Origin: Patescibacteria group bacterium
GTDB taxonomy: Bacteria; Patescibacteriota; Patescibacteriia; UBA1558; UBA10009
Assembly (NCBI GenBank): GCA_041662565.1
Contig: JBAZSE010000001.1
Location: 193,084-257,083 of the forward strand
DNA: 64,000 bases
Direction: 5' to 3'
Position 1 is the first letter of the stretch. Each line of letters opens with the position of its first letter. Position numbers and translations under genes: made by a program. Positions 56,654-64,000 of the stretch are shown in pieces. Under the pieces are notes generated by a model. It saw nothing but the letters and a program-made list of their open reading frames with translations, made no database searches and was not told where the DNA came from.

Positions 56654-57499
56654 ATGGCAATAAGAATTTACAGACCAACAACCCCCGGCCGCCGTAAAAC
56701 ATCAGTGATGATTACGAGGCATTTGGATAAGGTAAAGCCCTTAAAGAGTTTGGTTGTTTACAAAAAAAGATTTGCCGGCAGAGGTAATACCGGTAGAATT
56801 AACGTTAGACATCAGGGCGGCGGAGCCCGAAAAATCGTTCGCCAAATTGATTTTTTTAGAAACAAATGGGATATCCCCGGCAAAGTTGCTACACTGGAAT
56901 ACGATCCTAACCGCAACGCCAGCATTGCTTTAGTTAATTTTGTAGACGGTGAAAAAAGATATATTTTATGCCCCGAAGGTTTGGTTAAAGGTATGACGGT
57001 TGTTTCTTCGCAAAAAACCTTTACCCAACAAGTTGGTAATGCTTTTCCTTTGGATTTAATTCCGCCAGGAACTTTTATTCACAATGTAGAGCTGGAACCC
57101 GGTAAAGGCGGAAAAATGGCCAGAGCGGCCGGCAGCGGCATTATTTTACAGGTTATCGAAGGCCAGCACGCTCAGTTAAAAATGCCTTCAGGCGAAATAA
57201 GATTATTGCCAAAATCATGTTTGGCCACAGTTGGTACCGTTTCCAATGCCGATTTTAGACACATTAGATGGGGCAAAGCCGGCAGAATGAGACACAGAGG
57301 CATTAGGCCAACCGTTAGAGGTAAAGTTATGAACCCGGTTGATCATCCTCATGGCGGTGGTGAGGGCTCCAACTCCATTGGTTTAAAGAAAGGCCCGATG
57401 AACGTTTACGGTAAAAAAGCCATGGGTATTAAAACCCGCAAGCATCACTTAATTTCAGCCAAATTGATTTTAACCAGAAGAAAGAAAAAGAGCGCTTAA
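56654..57499 (+). CDS. rplB: 50S ribosomal protein L2
   Basis: MAIRIYRPTTPGRR..HPHGGGEG. Confidence 0.95.
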   Translation: MAIRIYRPTTPGRRKTSVMITRHLDKVKPLKSLVVYKKRFAGRGNTGRINVRHQGGGARKIVRQIDFFRNKWDIPGKVATLEYDPNRNASIALVNFVDGEKRYILCPEGLVKGMTVVSSQKTFTQQVGNAFPLDLIPPGTFIHNVELEPGKGGKMARAAGSGIILQVIEGQHAQLKMPSGEIRLLPKSCLATVGTVSNADFRHIRWGKAGRMRHRGIRPTVRGKVMNPVDHPHGGGEGSNSIGLKKGPMNVYGKKAMGIKTRKHHLISAKLILTRRKKKSA

Positions 57500-57512
57500 T
57501 TAAGAAATTACT

Positions 57513-57806
57513 ATGTCCAGAAGTTTAAAGAAAAATCCTTGGATTGATCCCAAGTTATTAAAAAAACTTTCCCGTTTAAAGCCCGGCGATAAAACCGTTA
57601 TCAAAACCTGGGCCAGGGCCTCAACCATTACTCCCGAAATGGTGGGTTTGACCATTGGCGTGCACAATGGCAAACAGCACTTACCGGTTTTTGTGGTAGA
57701 AAATATGGTAGGCCATAAACTGGGCGAGTTTTCACCCACCCGCAAGTTTATTTCCCACGGTGGTAAAATGGCCAAGGAGCAATCAAAAGACGCTGGTTCC
57801 AAATAA
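57513..57806 (+). CDS. rpsS: 30S ribosomal protein S19
   Basis: [25 protein letters not shown]. Confidence 0.95.
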   Translation: MSRSLKKNPWIDPKLLKKLSRLKPGDKTVIKTWARASTITPEMVGLTIGVHNGKQHLPVFVVENMVGHKLGEFSPTRKFISHGGKMAKEQSKDAGSK

Positions 57807-57840
57807 AGATTAAAGCCAAGGAATTTTAAATCAATTTATT

Positions 57841-58398
57841 ATGAGCAAGTTAGCCAACAAAAAAACCAACCAACCAACCTCCAAAGAACAGGAGATTAAG
57901 GTTTTGGCGGCCGAATCCGTTAAAGAAACCCCTAAAGCCAAAGAAGGCGGCCAAGAAAAAAAAGCCGTTACTTCGGCCCGGGCTTTGTTGCGCTATTACA
58001 AAGTTTCCCCCCGCAAGGTTCGTTTGGTAATTAATGAAATCAAGGGTTTGCCGGTTATGGAGGCCTTAGCCAGATTACAGTTAATGCAAAAAATTTCCGC
58101 CCGCGATATTGCCAAGTTGTTAAAATCGGCTATTGCCAACGCGGAAAATAATTTTAAATTAAAAAAAGAAGATTTATTCGTTAAAAGCATAGTAGCCAAT
58201 CAGGGCCCTTCACTTCACCGTTTTATGCCTGCCGCCTTTGGTTCGGCCCATGATATTTTAAAACGCAGTTCACACGTGGATTTAACGATTGCCTTAAAAG
58301 AAGAAAATAAAAAAAAGAAAGAACAACCGGTTAAGAGCAAAAAAACGATTAAGCCGGAAATTAAGAAAGTAAAAAAACCAGTAACCAAAAAATCCTAA
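57841..58398 (+). CDS. rplV: 50S ribosomal protein L22 with Lys-rich N- and C-terminal extensions
   Basis: ARALLRYYKVSPRKVRLVINEIKGLPV core. Confidence 0.85.
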   Translation: MSKLANKKTNQPTSKEQEIKVLAAESVKETPKAKEGGQEKKAVTSARALLRYYKVSPRKVRLVINEIKGLPVMEALARLQLMQKISARDIAKLLKSAIANAENNFKLKKEDLFVKSIVANQGPSLHRFMPAAFGSAHDILKRSSHVDLTIALKEENKKKKEQPVKSKKTIKPEIKKVKKPVTKKS

Positions 58399-58422
58399 TT
58401 CCTAGTAACTAGCACCTAATCT

Positions 58423-59142
58423 ATGGGACACAAAGTAAATCCAAAAGTTTTCCGCCTCGGTCAAACCCTAGCTTGGTCTTCCAAGTGGTTTGCCAGAGAT
58501 AAAGATTATGCTGATTTGTTAAAGCAGGATGTTTTGATTAGGAAATTTTTAAAAACGAAGTTAAAAGAAGCTATTTTGGAAAAAGTGGAAATCGAAAGAT
58601 CCAATGCCCAGTTAACCCTTAATTTAACGGCATCTAGGCCCGGAACCATTATCGGCCGTGGGGGAGAAGGCATTGAAGGTCTTAAAAAAGAGTTGATGAA
58701 AAAGTTTTTTGCCAACAGCAGGCAAAATATTAAAATCAATATCCAAGAAGTGGCCAATCCCAATTTGTCACCCGAAGTTATGCTGCATTTCATGATTGCG
58801 GATATTGAAAAGCGTATGCCTTTTAGGCGCATTATGAAACAATCCATAGATCGGATTATGAAAGCCGGAGCGTTGGGAGTTAAGGTTATCATGGGCGGCC
58901 GCTTAAACGGAGCCGAAATCGCCAGAACCGAAAATTTATCCCAAGGCAAAATTCCTTTACATACCTTAAGAGCCAACATTGATTACGCCCGCGGCGTGGC
59001 CCGCACCACTTTTGGAGCCATCGGCATTAAGGTTTGGATTTATAAAGGCGATGTTTTTGAAAAATCAGCCGAAGAAAAAAACGAAGCCGCAGCTGCAAGC
59101 GCGGCCAAAGTCGAAAAACCTTTTAGTTTGATTAATAAATAA
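58423..59142 (+). CDS. rpsC: 30S ribosomal protein S3
   Basis: MGHKVNPKVFRLGQT; KH domain. Confidence 0.95.
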   Translation: MGHKVNPKVFRLGQTLAWSSKWFARDKDYADLLKQDVLIRKFLKTKLKEAILEKVEIERSNAQLTLNLTASRPGTIIGRGGEGIEGLKKELMKKFFANSRQNIKINIQEVANPNLSPEVMLHFMIADIEKRMPFRRIMKQSIDRIMKAGALGVKVIMGGRLNGAEIARTENLSQGKIPLHTLRANIDYARGVARTTFGAIGIKVWIYKGDVFEKSAEEKNEAAAASAAKVEKPFSLINK

Positions 59143-59189
59143 AGTATACGGATCAAGCGATCAACTACCAGTAAAGAATCAATAACATT

Positions 59190-59612
59190 ATGTTAGCGCC
59201 AAAAAAAGTAAAACACAGGAAGTGGCAAAAAACCGATCAGATTAAGGGTAAAGCCACCAGAATGAATAACATTGCTTTCGGACAGTTTGCCCTTAAGGCG
59301 ATTTCGGCTGGCTGGGTTAGTTCCAGGCAGATCGAATCCGCCAGAAGGGTTATGACCCGTTACGTAGCTAAAGGCGGCAAGATTTGGATTAGGATTTTCC
59401 CCGATAAGCCAATAACCGCCCACGGTTCCGAAATGCCTATGGGTAAAGGTAAAGGCGCGGTTGATCATTTTGTGGCCGTAGTTAAAGCCGGAACGATTTT
59501 GTTTGAAATTTCGGGCATTAGCCGAGATCAGGCACACGAAGCCATGACTTCCGCCAATTACAAATTACCGATCAGATCAAAATTTATTGAAAAGACATCG
59601 ATCAGCCATTAG
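59190..59612 (+). CDS. rplP: 50S ribosomal protein L16
   Basis: [14 protein letters not shown]. Confidence 0.95.
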   Translation: MLAPKKVKHRKWQKTDQIKGKATRMNNIAFGQFALKAISAGWVSSRQIESARRVMTRYVAKGGKIWIRIFPDKPITAHGSEMPMGKGKGAVDHFVAVVKAGTILFEISGISRDQAHEAMTSANYKLPIRSKFIEKTSISH

Positions 59613-59618
59613 GTTTTA

Positions 59619-59864
59619 ATGAATTATCATATGGATTTTAAAGAATTAAAAAAAGTATCCGTTGCCGAATTGGTAAAGCTGTTGGCCAAATACCGCGAGC
59701 AATTGCGCGATTTGCGTTTTTCCATTAGCGCCAAACAGCAAAAAAACATTAGGCAGATCAGAGAGCCCAAACAGATGATTGCCCGCATTTTAACTTTATT
59801 GAATAATCACAAAGCCGATGAATCTACCGATCAAACCGTAGCCGGCGACAATTTAAATAAATAA
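59619..59864 (+). CDS. rpmC: 50S ribosomal protein L29
   Basis: LKKVSVAELVKLLAKYREQLRDLRF. Confidence 0.8.
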   Translation: MNYHMDFKELKKVSVAELVKLLAKYREQLRDLRFSISAKQQKNIRQIREPKQMIARILTLLNNHKADESTDQTVAGDNLNK

Positions 59865-59872
59865 TCATCAAT

Positions 59873-60127
59873 ATGACCGAAGTTCAAAAAAAAGTTTTAA
59901 GAAAATTCGAAGGCCTGGTGGTTTCCGATAAAATGGCTAAAACCGTTGTGGTTAAGGTTGAGCGCAAAGTGGCGCATAAAAAGTACGGTAAAAAATTCGC
60001 CATCAGCCGCAATTTTAAATGTCATGATGAAAAGAACGAATATAAAACAGGCGATAAGGTGTTATTTGCCGCTTGCCGCCCGATTTCCAAAGATAAAAAA
60101 TGGCGGGTTATTAAAAAGCTTTCATAA
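59873..60127 (+). CDS. rpsQ: 30S ribosomal protein S17
   Basis: GLVVSDKMAKTVVVKVER. Confidence 0.9.
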   Translation: MTEVQKKVLRKFEGLVVSDKMAKTVVVKVERKVAHKKYGKKFAISRNFKCHDEKNEYKTGDKVLFAACRPISKDKKWRVIKKLS

Positions 60128-60153
60128 TATTATAGTTTAGATTCTGGAAACAT

Positions 60154-60525
60154 ATGATCCAATCACAAACAATTTTAAATTCAGCCGACAACAGCGGCGC
60201 CAAAAAATTATACTGCATTAAGGTTAATGGCGGTTACAAAAGGCGCTATGCCGGCATTGGCGATATTATTACGGTTAGCATTAGAGAGGCCCAGCCCCAC
60301 AGCGGAGTTAAAAAGGGTCAGGTTGCCAAAGCGGTTATTGTTAGGCAAAGAAAAGAAATCAGACGCGCTGATGGCACTTATATCAGATTTGACGATAATG
60401 CCGCGGTGTTGGTTGATCCCAAGAGTTATGATCCCAAAGGCACCAGAATTTTTGGGCCGGTGGCCAGAGAATTAAGGGCCAAGGGTTTTAATAAGATTAT
60501 TTCTTTAGCCGTTGAAGTTTTATAA
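60154..60525 (+). CDS. rplN: 50S ribosomal protein L14
   Basis: [18 protein letters not shown]. Confidence 0.95.
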   Translation: MIQSQTILNSADNSGAKKLYCIKVNGGYKRRYAGIGDIITVSIREAQPHSGVKKGQVAKAVIVRQRKEIRRADGTYIRFDDNAAVLVDPKSYDPKGTRIFGPVARELRAKGFNKIISLAVEVL

Positions 60526-60844
60526 AATCAGATATATGAAAATCAAAAAAGGCGACAACGTTATCATTATAGCCGGCAAAGATAAGGGCAAAACCGGTAA
60601 AATTACCCAGGTTTTTCCCGAGCTTTTAAAAGTGGTTGTAGAAGGCCTAAATACCCATTTTAAAAATATGCGCCCTAAGCGCCAAGGTGAAAAAGGCCAA
60701 AAGATTGAATTTTCTGCGCCTTTGGATGTTTCTAACGTTATGCTGGTAGATCCTAAAACCGGACGCGCTACCAGAATCGGTACCAAAACCCTAGCATCAG
60801 GTGAAAAAGTCAGAATTGCTAAAAAATCCAACGAAGTAGTTTAA
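60512..60844 (+). CDS. rplX: 50S ribosomal protein L24
   Basis: [24 protein letters not shown] motif. Confidence 0.9.
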   Translation: MKFYKIRYMKIKKGDNVIIIAGKDKGKTGKITQVFPELLKVVVEGLNTHFKNMRPKRQGEKGQKIEFSAPLDVSNVMLVDPKTGRATRIGTKTLASGEKVRIAKKSNEVV

Positions 60845-60882
60845 ATTATGCGGTTTACGGCATTTGCCTCCAAGTTAGCTAA

Positions 60883-61451
60883 ATGAATAATATGAATTTA
60901 AAAGAACAATATCAAAAAGAAGTGGTTAATAAAATGAAAGCGGCTTTTGGCTTTAAAAATAATTTGGCTGTGCCAAAGATTTTAAAAGTGGTTTTAAACG
61001 TGGGCATTGGTCGCAGCAAGGATGATCCTAAACTGGCCGAAATAGCCGAGAGCAATTTAAAAAGAATTACCGCTCAAGCGCCCATTTACACTATTTCCAA
61101 AAAATCAATTTCCGCTTTTAAGGTTAGAGAAGGTATGAAAGTAGGTTTAAAGGTTACCTTAAGAGGCCAAAGAATGTGGGATTTTTTGGAGAAATTGGTT
61201 AAAATCACTTTGCCTCGCGTGAGAGATTTTAGAGGTTTGGATCCTAAATTGTTGATAAAACCGGCAATTTGAGCATTGGCTTTAAAGAGCATTTGGTTTT
61301 TCCCGAGATTAAATCCGATGAGGTTGATAAAATACACGGTTTGGAATTAGCCGTTAGCACCACTGCCAAAAATCACGCCGAAGGCCTGGCCTTATTTAAG
61401 AATCTGGGTTTTCCGTTTAAAGAAGAAGAAGGCAAAAAAGCCGCTAAATAA
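60883..61451 (+). CDS. rplE: 50S ribosomal protein L5, interrupted by an apparent 1-nt frameshift near 61250
   Basis: Frame 1 gives ..ITLPRVRDFRGLDPKLLIKPAI*; frame 0 from 61248 gives IVDKTGNLSIGFKEHLVFPEI..TTAKNHAEGLALFKNLGFPFKE, aligning with L5 ..[27 protein letters not shown].. Confidence 0.8.
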
Positions 61452-61481
61452 ATAAAGAAAATATTTTAATAACACAGTAAA

Positions 61482-61667
61482 ATGGCAATTCAATCACAAA
61501 TAGAAAAATCCAAAAGAGTTCCTAAATTTTCCAGCAGAATAGTCAGGCGCTGTTGGCGTTGTGGCCGCAATCACGGCTATATGCGCAAATTTAAAATCTG
61601 CCGGATTTGTTTTAGGGAGCTAGCCAACCAAGGCGCCATTCCTGGCATGAAAAAAGCCAGTTGGTAA
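61482..61667 (+). CDS. rpsN: 30S ribosomal protein S14 type Z (zinc-binding)
   Basis: 61 aa with CWRCGR...CRIC zinc knuckle. Confidence 0.9.
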   Translation: MAIQSQIEKSKRVPKFSSRIVRRCWRCGRNHGYMRKFKICRICFRELANQGAIPGMKKASW

Positions 61668-61735
61668 ACCAAGCATGACCGCCTTTAAGGCAAGTTTAAA
61701 TAATTAACAAACTATTCAATTATCAAACAATCTGT

Positions 61736-62128
61736 ATGATGACCGATCCCATAGCCGACATGTTAACCAGAGTAAGGAACTCACTGGCTGTCCATAAGTC
61801 AGAGGTTATTTTGCCGTATTCCAAAATTAAATTTGAAATTGCCAAAATTTTAAAAAATGCCGGTTATTTGGTTGAAGCGGAAAAAGTGGAAGAAGATTTT
61901 ACCAAAATAAAACTGGTCTTGGCTTACAAAGAAAACAATCAGCCGGCCATTACCCATATAAAAAGAATCAGCAAGCCGGGTTTGCGGGTTTATGTTTCCC
62001 GCGATAAAATTCCCTATGTTTTAAATAATTTGGGTATAGCCATTTTGTCTACTTCCAGGGGCTTAATGACCAATAAGCAGGCCAGAAGGGCCAGAATCGG
62101 CGGAGAATTAATCTGTGAAGTTTGGTAA
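61736..62128 (+). CDS. rpsH: 30S ribosomal protein S8
   Basis: MMTDPIADMLTRVRN. Confidence 0.95.
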   Translation: MMTDPIADMLTRVRNSLAVHKSEVILPYSKIKFEIAKILKNAGYLVEAEKVEEDFTKIKLVLAYKENNQPAITHIKRISKPGLRVYVSRDKIPYVLNNLGIAILSTSRGLMTNKQARRARIGGELICEVW

Positions 62129-62171
62129 TTAAATTGAAAATTTTGCTTTTGAAATTTAAAATTCAGCATAT

Positions 62172-62720
62172 ATGTCAAGAATAGGAAAAAAACCAATCCC
62201 CATTACTGCAGGCGTCGAAGTCAAACTTGACGGCGGTTTAGTCGTGGTTAAAGGCTCCAAGGGCCAGCTGGAACAGCGTTTACATCCTTTAGTTAAGGCC
62301 GAAATCAAAGATAACGAAATCATTATCAGCATTCCGGATGAAAATGACAGAAGCCAGAAGGCGTTGTGGGGCTTATCCAGAACTTTGGTCAGCAATTTGG
62401 TGGAAGGTGTAACCAAAGGTTTTTCTAAAGAATTGGAAATCAACGGCATTGGTTTTAAAGCAGCCGTGAGCGGAGAAGTTTTGCTTTTAAACGTCGGTTT
62501 TTCGCACCAGGTTGAATTTAAATTTTCCAAAGATATCAAGATTACGGTGGAAAAAAATTTAATTACCGTTTCCGGCATTGATAAGCAAAAAGTCGGTCAG
62601 ATTGCCGCCGAAATCAGGGCCATTAAAAAACCAGAGCCCTACAAAGGCAAAGGTATTAAGTATAAAGAAGAAGTTATCAGACGCAAGGCCGGCAAGGTGG
62701 TTAAGGGTTCGGCCGGTTAA
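62172..62720 (+). CDS. rplF: 50S ribosomal protein L6
   Basis: MSRIGKKPIPI.. Confidence 0.95.
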   Translation: MSRIGKKPIPITAGVEVKLDGGLVVVKGSKGQLEQRLHPLVKAEIKDNEIIISIPDENDRSQKALWGLSRTLVSNLVEGVTKGFSKELEINGIGFKAAVSGEVLLLNVGFSHQVEFKFSKDIKITVEKNLITVSGIDKQKVGQIAAEIRAIKKPEPYKGKGIKYKEEVIRRKAGKVVKGSAG

Positions 62721-62759
62721 ATTTAAATTAATTTTCAGCTTGCCCTCTTAAAACATGTT

Positions 62760-63143
62760 TTGGGCAAGAGGCGAACAAGCAAGAATCATATGAAAGATTT
62801 AAATAAAATTAAAAAAGATTTAAGGCAAAGAAGGGTTAATCGGACCAGATCCAAAGTGTCTGGCAACGCATTAAAGCCCCGCTTAGCCGTGTTTAAGGGT
62901 TTAAGGCAGCTTTCTATCCAAGCGATTGATGATGTGGCAGGTAAAACCGTAGCCAGCGCTTATGATAAGGAAGTAACGGCCAAAACCAATATGGAAAAAG
63001 CCAAAGGCGTTGGTTTATTGATTGCCAAAAAATTGCAGGAGAAAAAAATTTCCCAAGCCGTTTTTGATAAAAGGCACTATAAATACCATGGTTTGGTTAA
63101 GGAAGTAGCCGATGGCGCCCGTGAAGGCGGTTTACAATTTTAA
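62760..63143 (+). CDS. rplR: 50S ribosomal protein L18
   Basis: RPRLAVFKGLRQLSIQAIDD. Confidence 0.9.
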   Translation: MGKRRTSKNHMKDLNKIKKDLRQRRVNRTRSKVSGNALKPRLAVFKGLRQLSIQAIDDVAGKTVASAYDKEVTAKTNMEKAKGVGLLIAKKLQEKKISQAVFDKRHYKYHGLVKEVADGAREGGLQF

Positions 63144-63169
63144 ATTTTTATTTAGGAATTCAATCAAGT

Positions 63170-63844
63170 ATGTCTAAACCAGTTAAAAATAACAGCCGTG
63201 GCGGTTTTAAAGAAAGGCCGCAAATGGAATACGAACAGAAGATTGTTGACTTAGCCAGAGTTACTAGGGTTATGGCTGGCGGCAAAAGGATGCGTTTTAG
63301 AGCAGCCGTTGTTTTGGGTGATAAGCGCGGTAAAGTCGGCTGGGGTTTGGCTAAAGGAGCTGATGTGGCTATTGCCGTTGGCAAAGCCGTGGCTCAGGCC
63401 CAAAAAAGCATGATTAAAATCCGTTTTGTTGAAGGAACAATTCCTCATCAGATCGAGGTTAAGTTTAAAGCGGCCAGAATCATGTTAAAACCGGCTGTTA
63501 AAGGCACGGGTATTATTGCCGGCGGAGCTGTTAGGAGCGTTTTGGAATTAGTCGGTATACCCAATATTTACAGTAAAATTTTAAGCAAGAGTAGTAATAA
63601 AATTAGCAATATTCAAGCAACTTTTAAGGCCTTACAATCATTGCAGTATCAAGCGGAAGATAAAGGCACCGAAATTGCTGTGGGCGAAGCTGTTGAACCG
63701 ATAGTGATTGAACGGGATTTGGATAAAGAAGAAGAATTGGATAAAGAACAAAAAAGATTGCTTAAAAAAGCCGGCCTAGATGCTGATTTGTCAAAATCGG
63801 CTTTAGCCAATTTAAAAACCGGCTCCAAGGGCAAAATCAGCTAG
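63170..63844 (+). CDS. rpsE: 30S ribosomal protein S5 with a C-terminal extension
   Basis: RVTRVMAGGKRMRFRAAVVLGDKRGKVGWGLAKGADV. Confidence 0.9.
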   Translation: MSKPVKNNSRGGFKERPQMEYEQKIVDLARVTRVMAGGKRMRFRAAVVLGDKRGKVGWGLAKGADVAIAVGKAVAQAQKSMIKIRFVEGTIPHQIEVKFKAARIMLKPAVKGTGIIAGGAVRSVLELVGIPNIYSKILSKSSNKISNIQATFKALQSLQYQAEDKGTEIAVGEAVEPIVIERDLDKEEELDKEQKRLLKKAGLDADLSKSALANLKTGSKGKIS

Positions 63845-63881
63845 GTATTAATATTTTAGAATTTCAATAATATGACCATGA

Positions 63882-64000
63882 TCGGTTTACATAATTTACA
63901 GGCCTCCAAGGGCAGTAATAAAAGAAAAATTCGCCGTGGCCGAGGTAATGCTTCGGGCAAGGGTAACTATTCCGGCTGAGGCGGTAACGGTCAAAGAGCC
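63882..64000 (+). CDS. rplO: 50S ribosomal protein L15 N-terminus (runs off the window); contains an in-frame TGA at 63947-63949
   Basis: ..LQASKGSNKRKIRRGRGNASGKGNYSG*GGNGQRA aligns with the L15 GxGSGxGKTxGRGxKGQ pattern; no L30 gene between S5 and L15. Confidence 0.6.

Noticed and set aside
60227-60831. Alternative-frame ORFs within rplN and rplX (60227-60475 plus, 60520-60831 minus)
   Set aside because: Embedded in highly conserved ribosomal genes; shadow frames.
63944-63952. Alternative genetic code (UGA as Gly or Trp) suggested by the in-frame TGA in rplO
   Set aside because: RF2 (SPF motif, GGQ) is intact at 9317-10408. All other long conserved genes (ftsZ, fusA, tuf, tkt, copA, glnA and the rest) are uninterrupted when TGA is treated as a stop.

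Overview
Low-GC (roughly 35-40%) bacterial window, standard genetic code. RF2 is present and TGA behaves as a stop in essentially every gene. Many genes lack Shine-Dalgarno sequences, and ribosomal protein L30 is absent between S5 and L15, consistent with a small-genome, possibly CPR/Patescibacteria-like lineage. Layout: (1) 0-16 kb is housekeeping: two TSP3-repeat surface proteins, ybeY, ftsA, ftsZ, nrdR, htrA, glnA(-), prfB, cysS, comEC plus a separate MBL-domain gene, a CheY-like receiver and ndk. (2) 16-18 kb is a GC-rich foreign islet of small Cys-containing proteins bracketed by two promoter/micro-ORF/terminator cassettes. (3) 18-26 kb holds an MsbA-like ABC exporter, an unusual tRNA locus (tRNA-Pro(GGG) flanked by tRNA-half-like fragments) that leads into a structured leader and a membrane protein, a split OatA-like pair (SGNH plus acyltransferase-3), an M50 site-2 protease and AT-rich Cys-rich membrane proteins. 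(4) rpsL-rpsG-fusA lie at 26.3-29.5 kb and tuf plus the S10/spc ribosomal genes at 52.9-64 kb. They are separated by a roughly 23 kb accessory insertion that carries a copper/disulfide module (DsbA-like, HMA-permease, CopA, DsbB/BdbC), an ATP-cone/Mrr-like nuclease, a NYN protein, pentose-phosphate genes (rpiB, rpe, tkt, tal), a LOG protein and a 9 kb block flanked by near-identical 45-bp direct repeats. That block contains HigBA, a tight MazG-like/HEPN/NPPF-methyltransferase/DUF262-HNH operon, an SDH-family Clp-fold protease with two unknown partners, YgjP-like, a TspO fusion, MazF-like and Phd/YefM-like genes. The 43.8-49.1 kb cluster is the best candidate for an undescribed defence system. 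Other signals: a 44-bp perfect palindrome in the ftsAZ leader, a 26-bp perfect inverted repeat before copA, a four-member AAACAGGGTCAA promoter/terminator mini-element family, an apparent frameshift in rplE and an in-frame TGA in rplO.
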